Assembly (NCBI GenBank): GCA_012295275.1 | Contig: CM022665.1 | Coordinates: 40,238,001-40,302,000, forward strand | Origin: Chrysomallon squamiferum | Taxonomy: Eukaryota; Animalia; Mollusca | Length of the DNA: 64,000 nucleotides | Direction: 5' to 3' | Shown: one piece after another, positions 16,125 through 55,049 of the stretch | How positions within the stretch are numbered: the first letter of the stretch is position 1 | How the letters are laid out: each line of letters opens with the position of its first letter | Made by a program: the position numbers and the translations under genes | The notes under the pieces: model-generated | Seen by the model: only the letters and a program-made list of their open reading frames with translations | Database searches by the model: none | Told to the model about the DNA's origin: nothing

Positions 16125-18148
16125 AAGATAAGAAAAGAAGGAGACGAAACGAATTTAAAGTTAGAAACGATCAGCTTGTCAAAGAAGAAAAAAAAAAAAA
16201 TTGAAATATTAATTCTTTTTGCACGAGCAATGATTTGAAATCAAAATGGCAGAATCTTTTGATACTGTTTTGTCCTGGATCTCCGTGGACAAAGACTATT
16301 TTAATTTATAGCAACAAAATGTTTGTTTATTCATTTTTATTTATTTATTTATTTATTTATTATTTTTATTTATTTTCTTTCTTTTTTCTTCTTTTGATTT
16401 ATAAAACTTATTTTTTACTCACATACAAAAATATGTAATAATAATAATAATAATAATAATAATAGTTTAGTCATTGCTGTTTTTATTATTTATCTGTTAA
16501 TTAATTAATTTATTTATTTATTTATGTAAGGACTATTAATTCCCTATTAACGACACGAAGTAATAAGTTTAAAACAAAATAAAAATTATATGCATCGTCG
16601 ACCAAAGTGGACAGAACCTATCACTTTTATAAATCAGACACTGACACCATATTTGGAAAATGAAATAGTTAACATATTTCGATGTTCTCTATATGTAATA
16701 AGATTTTCGAGTCTTTCTTTAATCTGCCTAATCTGAGATCTGATCATGATGATAATGATGATGTTAATCATTATTATGCTTTTGTTGGCGATCATAATGG
16801 TGATGGTAGTTATGCAACTGTTGGCGATGATGATAATGATGATGATGATTTTGGTTATGCTGTTGTTAGTTATGATGATGATGATGATGTTTATTCTACT
16901 GTTCATGATAACGACGTCATTTATGTTCTTGGCGATAATGATGATGATGATGATGATGATTCCGCTAAGGAAGTCACATTCCCAATAAGAATGTTACACT
17001 TAACCTACAAATCATTTAGCGTCAAGGATGAAACAAAAAAAAACTATTTTTATTCGAAAAAAAAAAAAAAAAAATCCTCCCCCCACACACACTAAAAAAG
17101 AGTATCCGGTTTCATAACGTCTGTTACGACGACGTCGACAACATCGTATCCTATCAGTCTTTTTTTTAAAGTTTTCCCCCCACAAACTGGTTTAGATTTT
17201 AACCTCACACTGTCCGAGCCAGTCACGCAAGAACATGACGATCTCGAGATTTTCAGTGTCTCTACATCCTCCCTGACTCACGACGGTGACAGGGCGGCCA
17301 AGTTTGAGACCAAGCTACTACACACACAGTTCGTAACGCGAGAGAGAAAAACATTCTTTTGCAAAAAGTCGTCGAAGAAAACTTCTTTCTTTTTGAAAAA
17401 GATGACATTTTTGTGTTCGCGGGTTTTCGACGCTGAATCTGTTACCTACACAATGATCTAGAGGCTCAAAAAATTGAGGGTAACCACCACCATCATCATG
17501 GCAAATGCAACGTTGTAAACAGTTTGTTTAGGAAACGAAGGTGACGAATTTTTTAAAAGATGGACGATGTTTTTTTTTTTTTTATAAATCTTGTTTCGAA
17601 GAGGATTTTAGAAGTGTAAGAATGTATATGCTATTGGTATAATTATATTTAAAGAAAAAGAATATTTTTTAAAAATTGGAATTTCGAAGGTTGTGTATAT
17701 TTTCAGTAATCTCCTGGAACGTGTTAAAGAAATTAATTAAATTTTAGAAATGAATTTTACAATAGTATGAATCTGAATATTAGTGCTATATAGAACTGGA
17801 TTAGAATTATATATTTTCTGTAAACAGCAAACAAAAAAAAAAAAACAAAAAAAAAAAAAAAAAATAAAATGACATAAATAAATAAATAAATTAATAAGAA
17901 GAAGAAGAGAAAAAAGAAGAAGAACGAAACCTAGATATCCAGAACGAGATTTTAAAACCCCAAGTACGCGAAATCTATCGGAATATATTAAACCAATTAA
18001 CCAGACTCCTTCACTACATTACATGCTACAGAAGCTCAATTTGAACAAAGACTATTTAAATAATACATACATCTTTAAAAGGATTATGAAAATATGTGTC
18101 ACGCGCACATTTTACTGGATTGTCGTTTGTTTTTGCTATTTCAGAAAG

Positions 18149-38822
<20,674 letters not shown>

Positions 38823-38920
38823 CGTGAGGTCTCGTCATAGTGACTCGATATTACTGAAACGGTGACTTTTGAAAACTAGTTACCGTCTTTATTTGGTCCG
38901 ACCTAAGTAAACGATGATAT

Positions 38921-38926
38921 AATAAA
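38921..38926 (+). terminator. Candidate polyadenylation signal of the chitinase
   Basis: First AATAAA, about 100 nt after the stop codon; others occur further downstream. Confidence 0.45.
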
Positions 38927-38944
38927 ACCGTATGGAGACGGTTT

Positions 38945-39510
38945 ATTAATTTCAGAAAATACTCAGTATAGTGAATACAGTGTTAATAGTTTTCAAGTTC
39001 TTTATTCAAAATATTCAGTATACTGAAATAATTTTCAGGTTTTTTTTTTTTTTCAAAATACTGAATATACTGAATATAATATTAATAATTTCCAAGTTCT
39101 TTATTCAAAATACTCAGTATACTGAATATAATATTAATAATTTTCAAATTCTTTTTTCAAAATACTCAATATACTGAATACAATGTTAATAATTTCCAAG
39201 TTCTTTATTCAAAATACTCAGTATACTGAATATAATATTAATAATTTTCAAGTTTTTTTTCAAAATACTCAATATACTGAATACAATGTTAATAGTTTTC
39301 AAGTTCTTTATTTAAAATACTTAGTATACTGAATATAATTTTAATTTTCAAGTTTTTTATTCAAAATACTCAATATACTGAATATAATATTAATAATTTT
39401 CAAGTTCTTTATTCAAAATACTCAATATACTGAATATAATATTAATAATTTTCAAGTTCTTTATTCAAAATACTCAGTATACTAAATATAATATTAATAA
39501 GTTTCAATAT
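38945..39510. repeat. 52-bp minisatellite, about 10-11 copies, downstream of the chitinase stop
   Basis: Unit AATTTTCAAGTTCTTTATTCAAAATACTCA(G/A)TATACTGAATATAATATTAAT; 52-nt period seen at 39362/39414. Confidence 0.92.
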
Positions 39511-39873
39511 GATAAATGTCTTCTCAAAGTAGTAATTAATTTTCCGAATCAGTGTATATGAAAATGATATTTAAAATTACGGTTATTAAAAATATATATA
39601 TTTTTTGCAATGTTATGAATATAAGTGTAAAAACATTCAAAATGTTTGCGTAAAACCTGAGAAATTGAGGTTTTTAATGAAAGATCTAAAATTTACTTCG
39701 ATAGATGATTACTTTTATTAATTAGAACTTCTGAAAAAATAAGAATTCATTTAAAACATTTTGAAAATCTTAAACATGAAATAATGACTGATATTTTCAT
39801 AATTTGATATCACTTAATTAATTTTCATGTTTTTATAGTTTTTTAATTTTGAATTTTGAATTTTGTTTTTAAT

Positions 39874-39905
<32 letters not shown>

Positions 39906-39915
39906 AATTTTTAAA

Positions 39916-39962
<47 letters not shown>

Positions 39963-40977
39963 CGGATTTGTTATTTTCTTTACTCTACTTTATTTTAACA
40001 AATCAGTTAAATCAATAAAACGGTGACAAGAAAGGATGTAAATATTTAAAATAATAAGTAAACTACAGGGACATATTAATGACTGCTTATAGGTATGACG
40101 TCACTGTTGAGGTACTCAAGGTTCTGCCTTCTTCAAGATCTCGTTAAAAACTTTAATATTCGTACTTTTGTAATTGGTTTCAGTATTTAAATGTTGAAAA
40201 CATTCAACAATAGCCGCCCCCCCAAGTCAATTTTATTAGACCCTTAAAAACTGGTTATAACGTACAAGTGTATATATATATATATATATGTACGTGTGCG
40301 TATGTGTATGTACATTATGCATGTACATGTATCTATATCTATCTATATATATATAAACACATAGATACACATATATATGTGTCTGTGTGCGCGCGTATAT
40401 ATACACATATACATATATATACAAATTATAGCTATATATATTTATGTATATGTGTGTGTATATATATATATATATATATAGATAAAAATGCACATACAAT
40501 ATACAACTTGGGTCTCATTTGTATCATTTCTGTACGTGTGTGTGTGTGTACACATACCCACTCACTCACAAAATGGCACGTATTCATGTATATATGTAAA
40601 TATGAAATGTATTTTTGGAATAGATATATGGAACAATTGTTGCAATTATTATCATATCTGTTTTATTACATATTATAAGTCTCAACTTTTTTTCTGTATA
40701 GAAAATAATGAAAAGGACAAAAATAATGTGATGATAATATGATAAATAGGTATGTGTCTTAAGTAACAGCAAAGAAGAAATTGGGTATAGTTAATTAAGT
40801 AAAATAAAAATAAAATAAAAATACTGTATGCTATGCAATCAATACAACAAACGACAATAATATTAATAATATATTTAATATTTCACTAATTTAATGGTAG
40901 CATAGTTTATATTAATTGTTATTTTTTAAATATTTTTTTTATTTTTATTATTTTTTTTTTTTATGTTGTAGTTGTCA

Positions 40978-41036
<59 letters not shown>

Positions 41037-42104
41037 GTAATTTTATAGTTTTGAAAGGTTTCAAATGATTTATATGCTAAACAAATGTATGGCGAAACCA
41101 AAAATCACTGGCACAAAAATGAATACGTTTTACTGTTATCTTTATATTTTATAGTTTCAGATACAAAATTATTATTATTATTATTATTATTATTTTTTTT
41201 TTTTTTGTCTCAATAATATTTCATATCTTCGTATTATAATTAAGCAATGTTTCTTGTTTAGTTTAATCTCATAACTTTATACCAAACATTTTTATTTCAT
41301 AATTTGAAATTTTCATCTATTTAAATTCCGTTGATATTTTTAATAAATTTTATATTTGTGAACTGAAAGATACATTTTTTTTTTTTTAACATTTTCTACT
41401 TTGTGTATCATGTAGATGGGTTTTTTTTTAATGATATTTGTAATACCTTTCTTTATTCTACGATCTCTGAGCACCATCAAATGCGAGTGCATATTAAATT
41501 TACACACAAAAACAACCAAAGGTGTAAATTCACTTGCTATTTTCAAAAGCATTTATTACCATAGCGACTCTAAAATATTTTCTACTGTTTTTACGTTTCT
41601 AGGTATTTTGCTATTGTTGTTTTTCTAAGACAACGCCTGATTTATATTTATATATATATATATAAAAAAAAAAAAAAAAAAAAAAAAGTAATCTATATTA
41701 TATATAGAGATTATGTATGTTTCTAACATATGATTTACTTAATAACTAAGTGTAGGCCATTCGGGTGATAAACCGCTATGTATTATTTGTATGTTGTATG
41801 TATATATATATATTAATAAACTTGTATATTATGTTCATTGCTTTCTGTTGTGCTTGTAAATCTATACCTGTTTTGTAATCTTTATTTTCATTTTCTCTTT
41901 TTCTCTGTTTCTTATGCTCGCATAACAATATTTTATATATATGCAGATGTAAGATTGTTTGTGTGCTTAGGTACGTATGTATGAATGTGTGTGTGTGTGT
42001 GTACCTATGCGAGTCTGTATGCATGTACGTGTGTTGTGCATACGTCTGTCTGTCTCTTTATGTATGTACGAGTGTGTGCCGTCCCCATAATTCACCCATT
42101 AATC

Positions 42105-42219
<115 letters not shown>

Positions 42220-42422
42220 ATGTTAAGACAAAATATGCGACTGATCTAAAATAAAACAAAAACTAAACTGACGTTCATATTCAAGTTGCCGAAGCGAGTG
42301 TGAACATATATAATATATAATATATGATATTAATAATAATAATAATAATAATTAAAAAACCCCAAAACTTAACAAATATTAAACAAATAAAATTAAAAAA
42401 TAACAATAATAAAATAAAATAA

Positions 42423-42460
<38 letters not shown>

Positions 42461-42673
42461 AAAAAATAACATAACATAATAAAAAATATATAGTTATGCT
42501 CATTATTTTATTGTATTATTTTACAACACATCATCATTGACATTATTTTTTTTTTTTTTTTTTTTTTTTTTGTTTTTTTTCTGCGAAATAAAACTTTCGT
42601 TTTCGTTAAGAATGATAATATAAAGTTAGGACGCTATACGTCGTAAAGGTTCTTCGTTTTTTTATTATTTGTT

Positions 42674-43001
42674 TCAGTGGAAGGGAGTCTTCTGTGAGTC
42701 TTCTGTGTATCTGACAACAGAGTCTAAAATACCACTGCATGTCTGAGCGTGTTTTATTATCTTCCTTTTTAAATTATCTTCTTCACATTTCAGTCGATCT
42801 CTTTGTTCTATTAGCAGTTTTTTTTTCAACTGAAGATTTTCTGCTTTCTGGGAAAAAAAAAAAAAAAATAAAAATAAAATAAATAAATAAAAAATAATAA
42901 TAACAATAAAGTAATAATAAAAAACCCCTCCCAAAAACCCCCAAAATAAACAACAAAACAACCACAACAAAAAACAACAACAACAACAACAATAATAATA
43001 A

Positions 43002-43067
<66 letters not shown>

Positions 43068-43122
43068 TGGTGATAAATGCATATATGTCAGACTGTCTGT
43101 TTGTGTCTGCCTGTTTGTATGA

Positions 43123-43175
<53 letters not shown>

Positions 43176-43180
43176 TATAT

Positions 43181-43220
<40 letters not shown>

Positions 43221-43665
43221 GTGTGTAAATGTGTGTTGTTGTTCGGCAGATCTCTAAATAAACATTTCCGTGTATGCGTTCCTACACGATATGTAATTAA
43301 ATCACGTGTACCTTCTGCAGATTTGACAGTGTCATCGTTTTGTGATATCTGAATTTCTTCGCAGGCATTTGTTTTCTTTGTCCTCGAATTCCAATAACCT
43401 ACGGTAACAGCAACAATAATAACAGAATTAAAAAACATTTGCAATGACACGATCACATTAATTTAATCATAGTCACGAATTCCCTTAGTCACATGCACGT
43501 GCACAGATCTGCTCGGAACAGTAATAATGTTATGATGGTGCACAGTTGTTCGCTAATTTTATAAAAATAAAGACAAAGTTTGGAATTATCTTATGTTTGA
43601 TGTAACTAATAAATGTTACAAATAGATAATAATAATAATGATAATAAATATAATAATAATAATAA

Positions 43666-43696
<31 letters not shown>

Positions 43697-43857
43697 AAGA
43701 AGAAGAAGAAGAAAAGAAGAAGAAGAAGAAGAAGAAGAAAATTAAAACCAGCATCATGCACTAAATAGCACGAGGTTCTTAGCTGTACAGTTCCAACCAA
43801 CTGATAAATTATTTTAGTATGTATGCGTTTATGTGCGTATTTATATCTGTGTATATG

Positions 43858-43925
<68 letters not shown>

Positions 43926-43953
43926 TGTATGTATGTATATGTATGTATGTATG

Positions 43954-43991
<38 letters not shown>

Positions 43992-44302
43992 TGTATCTAT
44001 GTATGTGTATCTATGTATGAGTGTGTATGTATATATGTATGTATACTGTGTATGCATATATGTAGTAAGTATATATGTATATACGATATATGTATTTATG
44101 TATGTATGAATATGTGTATATGTCTATGTATGTATGTATGTACGTATGTGACTATGGACGTGTATTATATGTGTAGATTATGTATGAATTTACATATGTA
44201 TTAATAAGAAGAAAATATACAGCAGTTAACACCCAATAATTACATATAACATAGAACGTGTCTTACCTCGTTGTCAGCGGAAAAACTAGATGATTTAACC
44301 AT
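42674..44302 (-). CDS. Small ATF3/Fos-like leucine-zipper protein with degenerate basic region, paralogue C (98 aa)
   Basis: Exons 44302-44267 ([12 protein letters not shown]|gtaaga), 43398-43312 (tag|[29 protein letters not shown]|gtacac), 42847-42674 (cag|[37 protein letters not shown]...PFH-TGA); all phase 0, no stops or frameshifts. Confidence 0.75.
43815..44200. repeat. (AT)n/(GTAT)n compound microsatellite in bZIP C intron 1
   Basis: Direct reading. Confidence 0.9.
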
Positions 44303-44520
44303 AGTTCTAAAAATAGTCGACTGAGTCCGCGAAGTTTTGTTCAAAAGTCGAGCGCAGTGTTTCGACACTTCTTATAAATACTGTCAAAATACCGGTAACT
44401 ATGATGTGGCAAAAAAGGACAGCAATGACAAATAACTAAAAATATGGCTGTGGTGTATCTATTTTTAGACTCAATATCACGGCAAACAAAAGTTTCGTTT
44501 CCTGTATCAACGTGTGGCTA
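44303..44520 (-). promoter_or_regulatory. Candidate promoter/5' UTR of bZIP C
   Basis: CpG-rich leader, minus-strand TATTTATAA 44380-44372, GGAAACGAAACT (IRF/ETS-IRF-like) 44502-44491. Confidence 0.45.
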
Positions 44521-45435
44521 TTTTTAGATATTCCGCTTTATTAACTATTGTACTTGAAAGTAGAAGTTTTAAAGTTTTGTTGTTGTTCTTTCTTTCTTTC
44601 TTTCTTTCTTTATTTATTTATTTATTTATTTATTTATGAGCAATATTATGTGGTATACTTAATAACAAAACATTTTTATTATATTTATTTCTACCACAAT
44701 ACTGTAAAAGCAACTGACATAATAAATGATTTTACTTTGCAATTTAAATCTGCTGTGATATTAAGTATATAGTATGTATATATGTACGTACGTACGTATG
44801 TATGCATGAGTGAACTAAAGTATGCTTATTTACATAGTAATATACATATATATATATATTTACATATAAATATTAAATGACGTAGCTTTTATTATTAATC
44901 AAAATTGTTCATATCTAGGTATAACATGATAAAAGAAATGTATATCGTATTTTATATAGGTGTTTTTTAAACCTGTTTTTGGGTGTGTTTTTTTGAGTAC
45001 TTGTGACTTCTTACTGGTTAACATTATCAGTTTTATACAGCCTAGATGTAAATATGTGTAGTATTTCAGATAAGTAAGTATGTAAATAATGAATGCTATG
45101 TACTATATTTTAAGATATACTATATATATACGTGACATTTTGCAGGTAAATATGTTTATGTGTGTGTGTGTATGTATGTATGTACGTATGTATTCATGTG
45201 TGCATGTATGTATGTATGTATGTATGCATGCATGTATGCATGTATACATGTATGTATGTATGCATGTACGTGTGTATGTATGCATGTAGGCATGCATGTA
45301 TGTATGTATGTTTAGATGGAATGGAATGGAAAACATTTAACGTGCTAATCAGAGCGAGCTATAGTGAAGCACTATGTTTAGATTCTTGTCATACGTCTTT
45401 ATATTTCTAGTTTTACGTTTGTGTTTTAGTGTGTG

Positions 45436-45666
45436 TTTCCGAGGAATTGTTCTGTAATATTATCATTTTATTATCCTGTATGTTTGTGTCAGTGTAAATA
45501 CAGTATTAGTAACAATGCAACATACAACAAATTGATACGTAAACCATACATCTAAATAAATATATATATATATATTAACAAATAAATCAACATTTTAAAT
45601 CAAGTATATTTTTGTTGTTATTTTATTTATTTTTCTCTTCTTTTTTTTTAATTTTTTTTTTTTTTA

Positions 45667-45715
<49 letters not shown>

Positions 45716-45799
45716 TTTAGTTTTACAAAATTATATTTTTGTTGTTATTTTATTCATTGTTCTCGTCTTTTATTTTTAATTTCTGAGGTTTTTGTTCTG

Positions 45800-45898
<99 letters not shown>

Positions 45899-46392
45899 TT
45901 ATTTATCTGAAAGTTATAGCCAATATAATATGAAAGTGATACTATGGACCCAATCCAAGTCATAATACAAAAGTCGTATTTCTGGGAAATTACGTTTGTT
46001 TCGAAAGTTGAATACAAACTGATCTCATATGTAAAAATAGAAGTTCTATTGTAATGTACCTGTTACCAAGTCAGTTCTGACGTGACTTAAATCAGATATA
46101 CTTACCTGCAGTTTTAAACAGTCTGAAACAAGGTACTAGGCAATTTTAATAATATTTTTCTATTTATCTGATAAGTCTGATATGAACCAAGCTAAGATAA
46201 AAACCAAGAGGGTTATGTTGTTGTGTACCTGTTTTTGTGTTTGTTTTTGTTTTGTACCGTGGCGTTTTTATTTTCTGTTTCTTTTTTTTTTGTTTCTTTT
46301 TTTGTTTTTTGTTTTTTTGTTTCGTGTTCTTTTTTTTTTTTTTTTTTTTCTTTTTTTTCTAGTTATTGTAGGGTTTTGGTGAGGTTTTTATT

Positions 46393-46450
<58 letters not shown>

Positions 46451-47157
46451 TATTATTTTACTATAATTATTTATTTATTTATTCATTTGAAAGTTATAAC
46501 CAATAAAATATGAAACTGATGCTATGAACCCAATCCAGGTGATAATACAAAACTCCTGAAGCGGTATTTCTGAGAAATTCTGTTTGTTTCCTAAGTTTCA
46601 CAAAAGATGAATACAAAATGACCTCATGTGTAAAAATAGCAGTTCTTCTGTAATGATTTCCACGTATTACGGTATCCATCCTGAGTGAGACATATCTCTA
46701 ACGTGACTTAAATCAGATGTACTTACCTGCAGTTTCAAATACACTGTAATAAGGTACCAGGCAATCAGAAACCTACAGGGAATATTTGATCTCTCGTGGA
46801 TGTTCTGCCGGAGGGACCAATAGATGGATGGATGGGTGGATGGAGATGGACAGACGGACGGAATGATGGACGGATGGATGAATTTATAAACTAACGGAGA
46901 GACAGACGGTTACCCGTTTCCGAGGAACTGTTCTGTAATATTATCATTTTATCATCCTGTATGTTTGTGTCCGTGTAAATACAGTGTTAGTAACAAATTG
47001 ATACCTAAACCATACATCTAAAAAATAAATATATATATATATACAAATAAATAAACATTTTAAATCCACACTTATATCACAAAAGTATATTTTTGTTGTT
47101 ATTTTATTTATTTTTCTCTTTTTTTTAATTTCTTTTTTTTTCTTTTAAATAATAATG

Positions 47158-47228
<71 letters not shown>

Positions 47229-48190
47229 TATTATTATTATTATTATTATTATTTTTACTTTTACTGTTGTTGCTAGTATTCTTCTTCTTATTATTGTTGT
47301 TGTTATTGTTTTGCTATTTTATTATTTATTTAATTTGTTGTTGTAATTGTGTCTTTGTTCTGTATTTTAATAATACATATTATTTTTATGTGATATTTTT
47401 CTTTAAGTACGATAAGTCTGATATGAACCAAGCTAAGATAAAAAAAAAAAGCGTTATGTTGTCGTTTAGCTGTTTTTGTGTTTGTTTTGTTTTGTTTCGT
47501 TTTGTTTTGTTTCGTTTCGTTTTTATTTTGTTTCTTTTTTTTTTGGTTCTTATTGTAGGGTTTTGGTGAGGGTTTTTTGTTTTTTTATTATTATTATTAT
47601 TATTGATATTATTATTATTATTATTATTATTATTTTATTATTATTATTATTATTATTATTGTTATTATTATTATTATTTTATTTTATTTTATTTATTTTA
47701 TTTATCAATTTATTTATTTATTTATTTATTTATTTAATTATTTATTTAATTATAAAATATGAAACTGATGCTATGACCCAATCCAAGTGATAATACAAAA
47801 CTCCTGAAACGGTATTTCTGAAAAATGACGTTTGTTTCCTAAGTTTCACAAAAGATGAATACAAAATGACCTCATGTGTAAAAATAGCAGTTCTCCTGTA
47901 ATGATTTCTACGTATTACGGTATCCATCCTGACAGAGACATATCTCTAACGTGACTTAAATCAGATGTACTTACCTGCAGTTTCAAATACACTGTAATAA
48001 GGTACCAGGCAATCAGAAACCTACAGGGAATATTTGATCTCTCGTTATAATTTCTCTCTCGTGGATGTACTGCCGGACGGACTAATGGATAGATGGATGG
48101 ATGGATGGATGGATGGATGGATGGATAAACGGAATGATGGACGAATGGATGAATTTATAAACTTACAGACGGACAGACAGACAGTTATCC
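45436..48190. repeat. Complex local segmental duplication (one block x3, two blocks x2) between bZIP C and B
   Basis: Block ATATGAAA.TGAT.CTATG..CCCAATCCA...TACTTACCTGCAG near 45910, 46490, 47755; block TTTCCGAGGAA.TGTTCTGTAATATTATC near 45436 and 46917; block GATAAGTCTGATATGAACCAAGCTAAG near 46170 and 47411. Confidence 0.9.
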
Positions 48191-49316
48191 GTTAAATATG
48201 TTACCATACGACTAACAGTTATTTGTAAATATCGTTTTGACTTAATAATATTTATACGTTTACTACCGCAATTTGTTTTTAATCTCTCTCTCTCTCTCTC
48301 TCTCTCTCCCCCCGTTCATGTAACAGTAATAATGATAATAGTAATGTTGATGATGATTATGATTATGATGATGATGATAACGATATTAATAATAATGGAG
48401 GTTTAGTTTTGTGGGCATTATAGTCATACTTGTTATTCATTAAGTCTAAAATATTTTTAAAAGTAAAATCGCGATGATTGTTAATTAATTAATAATTAAT
48501 TAATTCGGTCATTCGTTAAAGCAGTTTGCGATCAAATTATTAAAGAAAAGCTATCTTCAGTAATAATAATAATTAAATACAAAAGTAAATACAAAATTAA
48601 ATTCACTTGGAAGTTTAATCTAGGAAATAGTTTGGTATAAATGTATAAATTAAGAAATAGACCAACTCTGATTTTGTTTTTGAGGTAGATGATTATGGAC
48701 TAAATATCGTAAATGGGAATTATAATCGAAAGAGTTATTGGTGTCGTTTTTAGTTTAGTATCAGAAATTTTTAATGTAATAATATTTATTCGTTGTAATT
48801 GTTATCATCTTGTTGAAAGGATATGAAATTATTTATTCATTAACTGTAAGCTGTTATAATTTGTACACACACAAACACACACACACGAAACCCACGTTAT
48901 AATAACGAGAAACCAAATTTTATAATTATTAAAAAAACAACAACATTTAATTGAAATAATTAGTAATAAAACTATAAAAAAACAAAAAAACAATAATATC
49001 GAGCAATGCTTTTCTTCAGCACTAGAAACAAAAATTTACAATATAAGCATTTACATAACAAAACATGCGTCTAACAAAATAAATTCACTAAACATTTAAA
49101 CGAGCGTCACAATCCAGAAATAATTCGATACTCTGAATTTATTATTATTATTATTTTTTGTTTTTTTAAAACATGTTCATTGATGCTGGTTTTTTTGTAT
49201 AAAGTTTCAATAAAACATTTCTCAAAGTATTGTAATTGTGTTCCCAAAAAAGAACGTGATAAGTGATGTTAACAACATCGTCACCGGCCATTACATATTT
49301 CAGTTTCAGTTTCCGA

Positions 49317-53956
<4,640 letters not shown>

Positions 53957-53959
53957 AAC

Positions 53960-54480
53960 GGGTCTTGATTTCAGATTCACTTTCCACACAAAGAAAACTG
54001 AAACTCGCTTGAAGTATTTAAAGTGGTTTAAATCGCCAGGTCCAGCATGTACGGGCTTGTCGCTAAGGGAGGTAAATATAATCGGCTGCGACAGTTTAAG
54101 TAGGCCACGTGTTCCAGTTTCGACAGAAGCGTGCGATGAATTTCGCAACGCGATGAAACTGAGTTTACATCGAATTGTCTGATCAGATATGCACAGATGA
54201 TTTTTAAATTTTATTTTATTTCAAAATATGCACATGTGCTTTGTGTATTAACTGTTGTAATTCGCAAAACAGAAAATATTTTACGAAACCAAATAAATAA
54301 TAGCACGTGTGAGGAAGTGACGATATGGTTATTTTTAGTTGGGGAATTCCCATTCAGTTTTCCTATAAATGGCGACGACATTTAGGTCAACGTGATGTTT
54401 GGGGGGGGGCCAATACATTACGAAACAAAATATATTGATTATAAAATTTATAATTAAGTACGGACCTGACGTAAACAATA
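53960..54480 (-). promoter_or_regulatory. Candidate promoter region of bZIP B
   Basis: CpG-rich; perfect kB palindrome GGGAATTCCC 54342-54351, GAGGAAGTG 54311-54319, two CACGTG E-boxes, GGCCAAT near 54408, TGACGTAA 54467-54474; lies upstream of donor AAG|gtaaat at 53943. Confidence 0.5.
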
Positions 54481-54992
54481 TGCATGTTTTAAGATATCGC
54501 TGATATATAATATTATTAATTAAGACAATTTTTTTTTTTATCATTAAATTATTATTGTACTGATACACGAAGTATAACGGGAATATATAACATTTTCAGA
54601 ATATATATGTATGTATGTACATATAGGTATATCTATGTATGTGAATACACATATATATTATATATTCATTATTATTATTATTATTATTACTATTATGATT
54701 ATTGTTGTTGTTGCTGGTGCTGTTTTTGTTACTGTACTTAATTAATTAATCTGCTGCTATAAGTACGACTATGGCTACTAGAAGTTGTGGTAGTAACAAC
54801 AGCAACAATTTTTAATAATAATGATGATGATACTAATAATTATTATTACTGCCATCATCATTATTATATTTTTGTTTCTATTTAAAAGTATAGTAAATAA
54901 TCAATCATAGTAAATATAATTATAAACATGCATATTTCACACGCACACAAACACACACATACCCACACCCACAATGACGCGCATTTTGCGTG

Positions 54993-55049
<57 letters not shown>

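Noticed and set aside
38945-39510. CRISPR-like array
   Set aside because: Units are contiguous with no unique spacers, no cas genes, eukaryotic context
46098-46112. U1 snRNA (ATACTTACCTG start)
   Set aside because: Match ends after 11 nt; downstream sequence is not U1. It is simply the complement of a consensus 5' splice site
54362-54372. SRF CArG box upstream of bZIP B
   Set aside because: CCTATAAATGG has seven A/T bases between CC and GG; consensus needs six
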